Shown here: one piece after another, positions 1-9,681 of the stretch
How positions within the stretch are numbered: the stretch's first letter is position 1
How the letters are laid out: the number at the start of each line of letters is the position of its first letter
Source of the DNA: Synechococcus sp.
GTDB taxonomy: Bacteria; Cyanobacteriota; Cyanobacteriia; PCC-6307; Cyanobiaceae
Assembly: GCA_047285535.1 (NCBI GenBank)
Contig: JBJBDC010000001.1
Span: forward strand, 1,056,136-1,120,135
DNA length: 64,000 nt
Reading direction: 5' to 3'
Position numbers and translations under genes: made by a program
The notes under the pieces: model-generated
Told to the model about the DNA's origin: nothing
What the model saw: only the letters and a program-made list of their open reading frames with translations
Databases searched by the model: none

Positions 1-198
1 TCCTGCTACTCACCACACGCAAAACCCTCGAAAAAGCAGTGAATTCAAAACGGACACCCTTTGGCCAAAACAAAAATGCTCCGGAAGGGAAACCATGTCA
101 CACGCAGAAATGGCCGCAATCCAGCCAAACAGCACGACGCCATTCCGAAAAACCTAAAAACCTCAAAACTGAGCGTTGACGCTGACGCGCAACTTGAC

Positions 199-214
199 TA
201 GAACACCTGTACCA
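199..214. promoter_or_regulatory. Putative LexA (SOS) box overlapping a -10 element
   Basis: TAGAACA-CC-TGTACCA has 2 mismatches to the picocyanobacterial consensus TAGTACA-N2-TGTACTA. TTGACG (176-181)-N17-TAGAAC (199-204) forms a sigma70-like promoter. Confidence 0.6.
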
Positions 215-302
215 GCAGCAGACTCATGGCTCCGAGCTCGCCTTACACCCCTTTCCAGGCTGAAGCGTGGATGCGTGCCTCTGTGATCACCCCTCGAAAA
301 CA

Positions 303-551
303 ATGCCTCGCCAGGACTGGATCCAGGATCCCATTACCGCTGAAACGAAGCGCTTCCACCCCGACGAAAAAAGCTGGGACAAGGACCCACGGGTATTCCT
401 GGATTCAGGGAGACCTTTTTCAGGTGAACCTCCCTTATTGAAAACACGCGTCTATTTGAGCCAGCAAACAGCTGATCAACTGTGGCGTGATCTCTTGCGC
501 ATCGGTTGGCAACCCTGCACGCCTCAGTGGAGCGCTGACTCAGACATCTGA
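303..551 (+). CDS. DUF1651 family protein (possibly frameshifted from an upstream start at 226)
   Basis: WIQDP..TKRFHPDEKSW..DSGRP..LLKTR..LW..L.RIGWQPCTPQW is typical of DUF1651. Confidence 0.7.
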   Translation: MPRQDWIQDPITAETKRFHPDEKSWDKDPRVFLDSGRPFSGEPPLLKTRVYLSQQTADQLWRDLLRIGWQPCTPQWSADSDI

Positions 552-596
552 AGACGACAAATTGACAAATTCCAGCAAACGCTTCATGCAGGCGCG

Positions 597-866
597 TTAA
601 TCAAATCTGTAGTGCTTGCGAACAGCTTGGTGAACCTCCCAAGTGCAGCTCATCCCTTTGGAAAACACAACGAGATCTCCGGCTTTAAAGCGGACGGGTG
701 CTCCCCCATCCGGTGTCACTGTCACATCCCCATCAAGCAACAAGCAAGTCTCGCGCTGGTCATAAGCCCATGGAAAAGTGCTGATATCGCAGCCCCAAAT
801 CGGCCAGTCACGGATTCCAAGCGCCACGATCATGCTCTCTGGACAAGGTGATGTGACGCTGATCAT
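597..866 (-). CDS. Cupin_3 (DUF861) domain protein
   Basis: WPIWGC..FPW.YDQRETCLLL.G.V.VTP..GDLVVF..G.SCTWEV..VRKHY. Start taken at MISVTSP. Confidence 0.85.
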   Translation of the reverse strand: MISVTSPCPESMIVALGIRDWPIWGCDISTFPWAYDQRETCLLLDGDVTVTPDGGAPVRFKAGDLVVFSKGMSCTWEVHQAVRKHYRFD

Positions 867-888
867 CGTGATTAGCCAGCAGTGTCTT

Positions 889-2211
889 TCAGGATCGCCG
901 ATTGCGCGGCGCCTGACCATCTCCGGCGAGTAATCCTTGCTCCCAGCGAGAAGCTTGGAGAAGAGAAAGACCGCTCAAGGCAGCGAGTCCTACGCCAACC
1001 CCAAAAAGCCAGCTCAACGGACTAACTCCTACCAAAACAGCAGACAACCAAATTGCAGCCCAGAGCCATGGTCTTAGCAATCGGATACGACGCAAAGCCA
1101 CCGAACAACTGCGGCAGTGCAACGTATGACTGTGATATCGATCCATTAAGGCCTCCAGGTTCTGCCTCGGAGGCAAAGGTTGCCCGGCAAATGGCTCACC
1201 ACCATTGCTCTGAACCCAGCGATGCAGTGCCTTCACATAAACATCAGCCGCAGTAGGAAGGCTGAATGCGCGCCCAGCAGCGGCACTCCCTCCAGCCCGT
1301 TCCAAGACTCGTTCTTGCCAATGTAAAAAGACTTGATCGTCTTCCAAAACCTTGTGGTTGCCAATGTGCTGCAACCAACGCGGGCGAAGTCCCACCAACA
1401 AACGAAGAGCAGCTGACTTGAACTGGAACGGGAATCGAGCAAACAATCGACAGCGCCCCCGGCTGATCGGTACGGCGTAAACCACCGTCAGGATGCGGGC
1501 AAAACCGTTCGCCGTAAGGTCGTGCCACATCAATTGTGGTGCACGAAAAAAAGTCTCTTGTGAGCCGAGCTTGCCCTTTCGCGGCCCCTCCTCCCAGAAC
1601 GCTTCAAAACCTCTCGAATCTTCGCTAATAATGACTGCATCAATGGAAGAAGCGTTCTCCCGTTTGCCCACTGTGCGGTGATGCGTAAAGGGAACATGAC
1701 TCACATCCAAAACATTTTCAAGCAGGGTGAGGGCATCCATTGGCAAATCACGAAAGGTGTCCTGCACAATCCAGTCGTCCGCCCAACCATCTCCCTGCTC
1801 TTCCAGAACGGGTACCAAAGGGAGCGCTGAAGGGTCCGCTGCTGAAGGGTTCCCACTCCACACGAATAACAATCCCTGCCCGGTTGCTGTGGGCAAACTT
1901 CCGCACTGCGTTCTCCGCGACTCTGCGCGGGATTCTTCCCCCATCTGAGGAATATGCCGACAGGTCCCTTCTCCGTCAAAACTCCAGCCGTGATAAGGAC
2001 ACTCCAACTGACCGACCCCGTTGATTCGCCCCTCACTCAGAGGCACTAATCGATGAGGACAAACATCTTTAAAAGCTCGCCAGCTGTTGCCAGGAGCATC
2101 CCACCACAGCACCAAATCCTGTTCAAGAAGGGTGAAGCGCTGAGGGCGGCTACGGTCAAGATCACGCAAATAGATCACCGGCCACCATTGCTCACTCCAA
2201 GTGGGGTGCAT
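889..2211 (-). CDS. Rieske 2Fe-2S oxygenase, pheophorbide a oxygenase/Lls1-like
   Basis: Rieske motif CPHR...CPYHGW, mononuclear Fe motif ENVLDVSHVPFTH, C-terminal HTLHCRSC and TM helices. Confidence 0.9.
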   Translation of the reverse strand: MHPTWSEQWWPVIYLRDLDRSRPQRFTLLEQDLVLWWDAPGNSWRAFKDVCPHRLVPLSEGRINGVGQLECPYHGWSFDGEGTCRHIPQMGEESRAESRRTQCGSLPTATGQGLLFVWSGNPSAADPSALPLVPVLEEQGDGWADDWIVQDTFRDLPMDALTLLENVLDVSHVPFTHHRTVGKRENASSIDAVIISEDSRGFEAFWEEGPRKGKLGSQETFFRAPQLMWHDLTANGFARILTVVYAVPISRGRCRLFARFPFQFKSAALRLLVGLRPRWLQHIGNHKVLEDDQVFLHWQERVLERAGGSAAAGRAFSLPTAADVYVKALHRWVQSNGGEPFAGQPLPPRQNLEALMDRYHSHTLHCRSCSVALRRIRLLRPWLWAAIWLSAVLVGVSPLSWLFGVGVGLAALSGLSLLQASRWEQGLLAGDGQAPRNRRS

Positions 2212-2398
2212 GAATGTCTGACAACTGGAGCCATGATCGTCGGATGACTCTCCTTAACGTGAGCAAGAACGTCGACGTAAGCAGTTAATGAACTCCAAAA
2301 AAGCAAACATTTACGCGCAAAGCAATCATGAAGAGGAAGTACTCTGCGGGGTTGAATTAATCACAAGCCACTGACTCCGACCAAAAACAACTTAGCGA

Positions 2399-2818
2399 TT
2401 GGAAGCCCTGCTCATGATCTTGAACATTTTTTCCCTACTGCTCGCTCTATTCCATTTTGTTGGTCCGATGCCCACGAATCTTGGCGTTCATCAGGGACAA
2501 TTAAGCGTTTGCGAATCAACATCTCACTGTGCGAGGCTGGATTGGGAGAGCAAAGACCCGATCAAAAGCCTCAGCAAGCTCGCCGAATTCATTAGAAAAA
2601 CGCCACGAACCGAAATTATTGAGTTGCGTTCGGATTATCTGCATGCGACAGCTAGCAGCCTTCTCTTTGGATTTACTGACGATCTTGAGCTCTACGCCGA
2701 TGCAGAACGATCTTTGTTGCAAGCACGATCCATTTCAAGATTGGGAGAGTCAGATCTGGGGGTTAACAAACAAAGACTTCTGAACTTGCAGGAGGCTTTG
2801 CTAAACAATCGTGATTGA
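2399..2818 (+). CDS. DUF1499 domain protein
   Basis: LGV..GQL..C..T.HC, YLHA..SS.LFGF.DDLE, SRLGESDLGVN..R. Start uncertain. Confidence 0.85.
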   Translation: MEALLMILNIFSLLLALFHFVGPMPTNLGVHQGQLSVCESTSHCARLDWESKDPIKSLSKLAEFIRKTPRTEIIELRSDYLHATASSLLFGFTDDLELYADAERSLLQARSISRLGESDLGVNKQRLLNLQEALLNNRD

Positions 2819-3035
2819 GATTCGATCACGTTAAAAGGCAACCGCTTCATCAGCTCGTGCTATCAATTGCACTGACATGATTCATCATCATTCACACTTT
2901 CGTGGAGTTGTACGTAGCGATCACTCGATCGCATGAATCATCAGCCTTGTACTGATAGGACGCAACAAGAAGCAAGTTCCAGAGCAAACGACCCACTCTG
3001 AAATTCTTGTATCGATCAAAAAACAATCAATCATT

Positions 3036-3311
3036 TCAATTCGAAGTCATTTGGGCGGAGATCTCTAATGCACTCTGCAATTCCCCCTCAGCGATTCCAA
3101 AACCGGGGCCGGTGATCCAGTCTCCGCAAAAACCAAGCGCACAGCGCTCATACCATTGCAGTAAGGCGGGAAGAGGATGGTCCAAAGGCTGAGACGCTCC
3201 TCATCGCAAGACTCCTAAAGAGCGAGCACCTGGAAGTGCCAGCGCCAACTCGGTCCATGGCAGCAACAGCACTGATAACAGTGCAAACTGACGTGATTCT
3301 TGCGCTAGCAA
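3036..3311 (-). pseudogene. C-terminal remnant of a renalase-like NAD/FAD-dependent oxidoreductase
   Basis: Manual translation gives LLAQESRQ...ARSLGVLR*GASQPLDHPLP...LGFCGDWITGPGFGIAEGELQSA. TGA at 3201-3203 falls where Trp is expected, and the N-terminal domain is absent. Confidence 0.7.
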
Positions 3312-3347
3312 CACCCAGATTCTTGCTATCAACAACTGAAGCAATGC

Positions 3348-4337
3348 TTGAACAGTCATAAGGGCAAAGAGATCATGGAAGAGCGAGACTTCGCCAAATC
3401 CATGTCAATCAAGTCTGGGCCTTACGGCGGTCCACCGCGCACAGCCCGACGTGACTACAGCTTTGTCTTGGCCCTATTGCTGTGGCGTATGCGCTATGAC
3501 CTTTTGCTGCTAGCGGGATTGAGCACCCTGATCTTGAGCGAGACAGTGCCAACCAACTGGCAGCAAAGCAGCAGCGTGGTCTCAATCATGGGAATCACTG
3601 TCTCAATTTTTATTGGTTTCCGCAATACTCAGGCAATTGGTCGCTGGTGGGAAGCACGCCAATTGTGGGGAACCATTGTCAACCAGAGTAGAAACTGGGC
3701 TGACAACCTCTCAAGCCTGCTTCCAGAGGAACAACTGATGGATCATCGCGGTCGAAATTTATTTCGTTTTCAAGTAGCAATGATTTGGCAGTTAAATTTT
3801 CAACTTCGCAATTATTACCACCAGGACTTGAGGAATCTGCAAGATTACCTCCTAGAAGCTCTAGAGATGAAGAGCACAACAACTCTCAGAGATCTCGGAC
3901 ATGCCCGAGCAATCGCCATTCGAAAATTATACGAAGATCAACACATCAATGACCGAGGAAGAGAACAATTAATGAACGTTGCCAATGCCACCATGGATGC
4001 AATTGGGGGGCTGGAAAGAATAAGAAACACACCATTACCGGCAAGCTATGACGTCTTTGTTCGCATGTTGAGCTGGGTATTCGGTCTACAGCTTCTGCTT
4101 AATTTCCACCAGAATGAAATCTCATGGAGCGGAAGCCTTACCGGCATTGTGCTGTTCATCGCCTTCTTAATGGCAGAACGCATAGGAGCCTATGTGGAGG
4201 GTCCATTTGACGGCGATGGAAGCACCTTCGCCTTGCCCCTCAACGCAATCTGTCTCACGATAAGCCGTGATCTCCTTGGTAACGAGGCCGACTCGTGCCT
4301 CCATCATTTTTCTAAAGATCCTGTGCGCTGGACCTAA
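3348..4337 (+). CDS. Bestrophin family ion channel (UPF0187)
   Basis: IFIGFRNTQA..RWWEARQLWG.IVN.SR, LERIRNTPLP.SY, EGPF. True start may be slightly downstream. Confidence 0.9.
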   Translation: MNSHKGKEIMEERDFAKSMSIKSGPYGGPPRTARRDYSFVLALLLWRMRYDLLLLAGLSTLILSETVPTNWQQSSSVVSIMGITVSIFIGFRNTQAIGRWWEARQLWGTIVNQSRNWADNLSSLLPEEQLMDHRGRNLFRFQVAMIWQLNFQLRNYYHQDLRNLQDYLLEALEMKSTTTLRDLGHARAIAIRKLYEDQHINDRGREQLMNVANATMDAIGGLERIRNTPLPASYDVFVRMLSWVFGLQLLLNFHQNEISWSGSLTGIVLFIAFLMAERIGAYVEGPFDGDGSTFALPLNAICLTISRDLLGNEADSCLHHFSKDPVRWT

Positions 4338-5272
4338 AGGCTGTCTTCTTGAATACAATCATTCATTTAAAATCAAGCAAGCTATCAACAAGGTAAACCT
4401 TGCTTTGCCGAAAGCATAGAAGAGCCAACATCAACTCTTCAAATTTAAATAAAGCCAGGATAAATAGCACTGGCCTAAGCCAATCATATTTAAAAGAAGA
4501 TTTGCTTGCTTAGTCTTTCCTTAGAGACTCAGCCACTTTCCAAGAGTTTGAAGCAGGCTAAAGAGCCATCAATGACGACATGAGAGAATTCCCTTGCCCC
4601 ATTGAGCACATGAAGATCTTCGTCGCAGAAAGAAATCTGGAACCCCATTCATCATGAGCTCAGCAACAACAAACAAAGTAAACAAGTTGAACTCACAACG
4701 ACGACCACAATCAGAAACAACATATAGGCAGTCAGCAGCACAAACCCTGCCATTGGTCAATACAATCACAATCAAAACCTCCATTTATTGCTTTCAAATA
4801 AAAATGCCATACCGATTGATGACGGAAAATTCAACACAGGCAACAACAACGATCCACACGCTTGCATGACAAGCAATAGCTTTTTGAGCAGGATGAATCT
4901 AATGGATAACTTCGCCATCAAGAAGCTCATAGTGAGCATTCAGTTCAACTGGTGAAATCACTATTCTGTTCAGATAAATGATCTGAAAAGTTGTTGGATC
5001 CAGCAGGCAGCAATGAACGGAATCAAGAACAAAATGGCAAGACTGCAGGAAAACAGCAACGCAAGCCGAAGCACTCAACACGTAATCACCATGAGCCCCA
5101 AGCCTCTAAGCAATCCGAACCAAGCATTGACAAAAGCGTCAGCAAAGATGGTTGCTCACTAACATTTCCGAATCCACAGCCGCAACGTAATGAAGAACCT
5201 ACCCAACAGAAAACAAAACCTGTATCGATCAGATTTAAAACTGTATTATCATAAATACAGATTCGCAAACCA

Positions 5273-5536
5273 ATGAAATCATTCGCATCAATCATCTTTA
5301 CAACAATCACAATCCTTCACTCACCGCAAAGCATAGCCATGACAGAATGCGAGCTTCTAACTCGCATCATGAATAAATTAGGAGCAAAAATGAGCATCAA
5401 TCGTCATATTATCTCGACCCAAAAAGATGAACTGAGAGTTAACAAAGCGAGTGAGGATTTATCAGAGCAAACCAAAAGCTATAAGACAGCAAAACGGCAA
5501 TACAAGCGAGCTAATTGCAAGAGCATTTGGGACTAA
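5273..5536 (+). CDS. Small secreted hypothetical protein
   Basis: Signal-peptide-like N-terminus ending SIA, two Cys, helical body. Confidence 0.6.
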   Translation: MKSFASIIFTTITILHSPQSIAMTECELLTRIMNKLGAKMSINRHIISTQKDELRVNKASEDLSEQTKSYKTAKRQYKRANCKSIWD

Positions 5537-5559
5537 GACCAGTTGCCAAGACTAAACAT

Positions 5560-5589
5560 AAAAAAACCCGGCAACGATCAGAGGCCGGG
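5560..5589 (-). terminator. Intrinsic terminator of the DUF4278 gene
   Basis: CCCGGC/GCCGGG stem with an A7 tract on + (U tract on -), between convergent genes. Confidence 0.6.
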
Positions 5590-5621
5590 CAAAATGAAAT
5601 CCAAGTAAGTTGACGACGCAA

Positions 5622-5798
5622 TTATCTGGAGTAAGGAATGCCCCGATACATCAAAGTCGAGTGGCGCTGCATTTCATTTCTGAGTTGCTCACGACACGTG
5701 TTGTAGTGCTCGTGACGATACGTAAGCTCAACACATGATTTCGCACTAGGCGACTCATGGGTTGTGTAGGGCTGACCTCTGTAAAGAAGAGTGTTCAT
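5622..5798 (-). CDS. DUF4278 domain small protein (58 aa)
   Basis: Repeated L.YRG..Y motifs: LLYRGQPY, LTYRHEHY, LMYRGIPY. GGAG RBS upstream. Confidence 0.85.
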   Translation of the reverse strand: MNTLLYRGQPYTTHESPSAKSCVELTYRHEHYNTCREQLRNEMQRHSTLMYRGIPYSR

Positions 5799-5815
5799 GA
5801 TGTTCTCCGAGAAAG

Positions 5816-5873
5816 CCCAAGTCCCCGTTCCTTGGCTTGGGCCGGTCTGCGCCTCGCCAAAACGAGGTGAACG
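5816..5873 (-). promoter_or_regulatory. Glutamine-II riboswitch (Downstream-peptide RNA motif)
   Basis: Minus strand reads CGTTCACCTCGTTTTGGCGAGGCGCAGACCGGCCCAAGCCAAGGAACGGGGACTTGGG. It has the CGTTC/GAACG P1 stem, GGCGCAG, GGAACGGGG and a CCCAAG/CTTGGG pseudoknot, directly upstream of DUF4278. Confidence 0.85.
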
Positions 5874-5882
5874 ATGAAATAT

Positions 5883-5896
5883 GTAGCGACTGCTAC
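5883..5896. promoter_or_regulatory. NtcA-binding site
   Basis: GTA-GCGACTGC-TAC matches GTA-N8-TAC and lies 9 nt upstream of the riboswitch 5' end. Confidence 0.7.
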
Positions 5897-6158
5897 TTGA
5901 CAAAAATAACCATTCAGGCGTGGTTGTGACGTTCACCACGATACACAGACACGCAAAAGGTTCATAAAAATACGTTCGGAAGAATATGTGGGACCTGAAC
6001 CATGTGCCCTTGAGCATCGACACGACAAAGCCGGGGAGCTTTAGCTCGACGAACATTAACTTTTCCTGAAGGACCATCCTGATAGGACACAGCTCAAAGA
6101 CACGTCGGCTCCGCATGATGGTGTTGATTCTCGCCCTTATGGCCTGGATGACCTTGAA

Positions 6159-6603
6159 TCAGACTTGCATCACCGCGTCAGCGAAAGCTCCGATCGCAGA
6201 GCCTGTACTCATGGAGACAGGCGGTTCGCAACCGGGTCTGGGATCATGAGCGGTTTCTAAACGAACAACAAAACTCCGGGTCTGATCTCGTCAGTCCAAG
6301 GGAAAAGCATCCTTTCTGAGCAACACGGTATTGGGCATGATGCAAACCGGAGGCTGTTTCAAATTGGAGAGCATCCTTTGACGGCCCCCTGAATCAAAAC
6401 GTAGAACCGTTCTCGAGATTCATCAGCACTACGGTCTTAGATCCACGGACCTTTTGCTTAGCCGTGCAATGTCCCTGAAACACAACAACAGCACCATGTA
6501 GAAATCTGCACACTCCATCAGCAAGAGCGATTGTTGAAGCAGAAACAAAAACCGGTAATGCAAGTATTGAAAGAAAAGACATGGCGACAAGACTGGTCAG
6601 CAC
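6159..6603 (-). pseudogene. Probable decayed secreted-protein gene
   Basis: A signal-peptide ORF stops at TGA 6394-6396. Protein-like sequence continues in frame (FRGPSKDALQFETASGLHHAQY) and then in shifted frames. Confidence 0.35.
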
Positions 6604-7640
6604 CAGTGATTTTTAAACAATGACTACAATGAAGGGCAGTGAAAGGAGCTGACCGGATTGATAGCAATGAATCTCATGTGTGGGATGTCAAGAAGAGCAG
6701 ATGTTATCAATCAACCTAAAAATAGCTGAAAACAGATCTGATTTGCAGACAAGAAGAACATTCAGCCAAGAAGTGCAATGTGATACGAGGGTTACAGCAA
6801 ATTGATCAGCCAATAAACCCCCACCAAATTAGAACTCGCTGGAAATCACAATTACATACATCAAAGATCTGGGCGAATCTTCTGGCACAATCCAGACCGC
6901 ATCAATCCACCACATTGCACCATCACAGATCCACACATTGGCTAAATCGTGCTCACTCTCCCTGAAAATGTTTAGGCGACAGTCAAATCCATTAGACTGA
7001 ACAATTGAAAAACTGACCTACTGTACAATTCTTTCGTTAAAACAATCATGGACAGGATATTTGCGATTACTATTTTCAAGCACTTCAAAGCATCAATTGT
7101 AAATATAAAACTGATGCAGGTTCATTCAATGCCAAGCCCAGTGATCCCTAAATAGGATATAAAGGGTTGCAAGTTCAGGGATCTTCCTATCTCAAAGCAA
7201 GTGAGCATAGTGACAGAAATGGTCGATTCGATGTTGACTACCAAGACAAGCAACATCAATTGGGTATCGGCCCAGCAAAGAATAAGTTATCGAATGTCAA
7301 AGATTAAAAGCTCAAGCAAGCCTAGGGATTCCAAAAATATTAAAAGCAAGCATATCACTATATAACTCCAAGTTTAGAGCTCAATCCAGCTTACAGGATT
7401 CAGTTCAATGCCAAACGAATTAATAAAAGCTTCTATCATCTTCTAACATGTTGACCGAAGTTAATTGAGCTATTGCTCCAGCGAGCATTCATAATACTGA
7501 CATCAGTATCAACCCAGAGGCAAAAATTTAAACCAAAAAGAAAACGCATTGAATATAATTTTGTGGAGATTATATGCCATTCAGGCAGAGGACCCACGAA
7601 CGACTCTGTACGGTAAAGTCAATAAAAAAATCCTTTAGCC

Positions 7641-8057
7641 TTAAGTTGATGCCAATCCAAGAAATAACTCTTTGTGAACAACAAACGTATAATACAAAGA
7701 GGTGCCGGCATTTGGAGAAAGCTCAACTCCATCACTATTACAAGCAATAGCACAAATCAAGTTTCCTTTCCAAGCAATACCATCAGTACTGTTCTCAACA
7801 GACCACTCCATCACAGCCCTATAATGATCAGGAATAGTAGCTCCAATCTTTTCACATATGTTGGCTAACAAGCATAGAGAAGGAGGCTTGGATGGCAACG
7901 AGAGACCTTTTCTTATAATAAGTTCGTCAATTACTCCTGTGCATCTAACGAAGTCAATCAACTCTTCTTCCTCTGGTGTTAACGAGGCAAGAGAGACCGC
8001 TTGATCAAACAAATCACCACTTAAGATGGGTCTACTTCTGGGCATTTTCCTAATCAA
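7641..8057 (-). CDS. Hypothetical protein
   Basis: 138-aa ORF with globular composition in AT-rich DNA. C-terminus FVVHKELFLGL. Confidence 0.65.
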   Translation of the reverse strand: MIRKMPRSRPILSGDLFDQAVSLASLTPEEEELIDFVRCTGVIDELIIRKGLSLPSKPPSLCLLANICEKIGATIPDHYRAVMEWSVENSTDGIAWKGNLICAIACNSDGVELSPNAGTSLYYTFVVHKELFLGLAST

Positions 8058-8526
8058 AGTACAGATTTTTACAAGAGAGAGGTTGCAAAGACTTAAGTCT
8101 ACCTTGTTACAACCTAGATCCTCAAAGATAGGCTATCAACAAGAAGAGTTTTTATGGCGCAAGATTATTTTCTTGTTCTAACCCAAATACTGAGCCCAGC
8201 GTCACTTAGTACATGATAGCCGCAAAAACATGATCCTTCAGTACATCAATACTTATCCCCATAAAAAGCGACCATCAAAATTATAATTTCAACTTGGCAG
8301 CAACGACTAAATATTTCTACATTACCCGTCATATTGGGGCGCATTAGTCCAAAAATATTCTCGCAATCAGTTACATTAGAAGCAATTATTGCCGAAAGCG
8401 AGCCAAGCCATTAACAATCCAAGGGCATTGATGTAGAGTCAACTCAATGGTTAAAAGCATTTGTATTTTGCGAGCAATTAATTCATTCCAAATCAATAAT
8501 ACAACACCAGCGAAATCAAAGTCGCA

Positions 8527-9117
8527 ATGATTAAAAAGATTTGCTACTTTGCGGCCTGTCTGGCCACGATATCAATATTACTTTTGACGAGCTGCAGTTC
8601 TAGCAATATTGCAAAGAATGCAAACAAAAAATCAAATACAAAAGATGTTACCGATAAAACTTTTTCTACAAGTACTTCAGGCAAAAATGGTCCTCTTCCA
8701 TCATTACTAAAGGTTGATCATTTACATCGCTATGCACTCAAAGCACGACGAATCAAAACCCTCAGCAAAGATGGCAATCGACGATGGGTCGTCGAGCTTT
8801 TTGGAGATGATCAACTCTTAGCGCAGTGGCCTGCTGTCAGTGGTTTGGCCAGCAAACAACAAGCAGACCGAAGATGGAGCCCCGGCAATGGCGCCCCACT
8901 CCCCATTGGGGAGTACCAGTTGGGTCAGCCAGAGCCATCGGGGCAAGACATTTGGTTAAATTTGCAGCCAAGTTTCCAAACTGATCGAAGTGGACTGGGG
9001 ATACACCATTGCGATCCTGGCAATGGCTGTTTATGCATTCCCAATCGGTCTGATCTTGAGGCTTTGGCCTCTTGGGTTAAAGCGACCGGAATCAAAAATT
9101 TAACAGTCATGAATTGA
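8527..9117 (+). CDS. Lipoprotein with L,D-transpeptidase/Tlde1 (DUF2778)-like domain
   Basis: Lipobox LTSC, low-complexity linker, AVSG, PLPIGEY, RSGLGIH-x6-GC. Confidence 0.6.
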   Translation: MIKKICYFAACLATISILLLTSCSSSNIAKNANKKSNTKDVTDKTFSTSTSGKNGPLPSLLKVDHLHRYALKARRIKTLSKDGNRRWVVELFGDDQLLAQWPAVSGLASKQQADRRWSPGNGAPLPIGEYQLGQPEPSGQDIWLNLQPSFQTDRSGLGIHHCDPGNGCLCIPNRSDLEALASWVKATGIKNLTVMN

Positions 9118-9681
9118 AGCCAGATTGGCCATTCAATTTGAATAGAGATGTCCTTCCGCTTCTCCTGAAGAACTTGAAAACCCTTCATAGTTGAATCCAA
9201 AACCACTTGAGACATCGGCCTCAAAAAACATTGACTTACTGACTTACTTAACAAACTATTCAAAATGACAGATTTGCCTCATGAACAAGCCCGCCAATCG
9301 CAACACTGCAATTCCCCTTAAACAAACAACAGACAAACGATTACAGACAAAAAACGGAAATCATCTTGCTCATTTACTCGCAATCAACCACTCAAGCAAT
9401 AATAAGTAGACAGTGCACAAGATCAAAGTATTCCAACAAGAATCGCAGCGAAAAGGCTAAAAAACATAATGATTATTTTTTATCTGTGCATACGCCACCA
9501 CAACCAGAACAAGCCTCATAATAAAATGATTTGCAGTAAGTCATGTTTGCAACGAGTCTCGCAATCAACATCTTCCGTCAAAACCTGACCATTGGTTGCG
9601 TTCCTGCAATGATATTATGCTATAAAAAGTTTCACGTCTCAAGGCTCATTCAAGCAAGCTGAATGATGCCATTGCAACTAC

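Noticed and set aside
5622..6116. 164-aa ORF from the ORF track
   Set aside because: Only the last 58 aa are DUF4278. The upstream part reads through the riboswitch and promoter.
7117..7414. Repeated TTCAATGCCAA core suggesting a CRISPR or repeat array
   Set aside because: Only two short copies about 280 bp apart, with no regular spacing and no cas genes.
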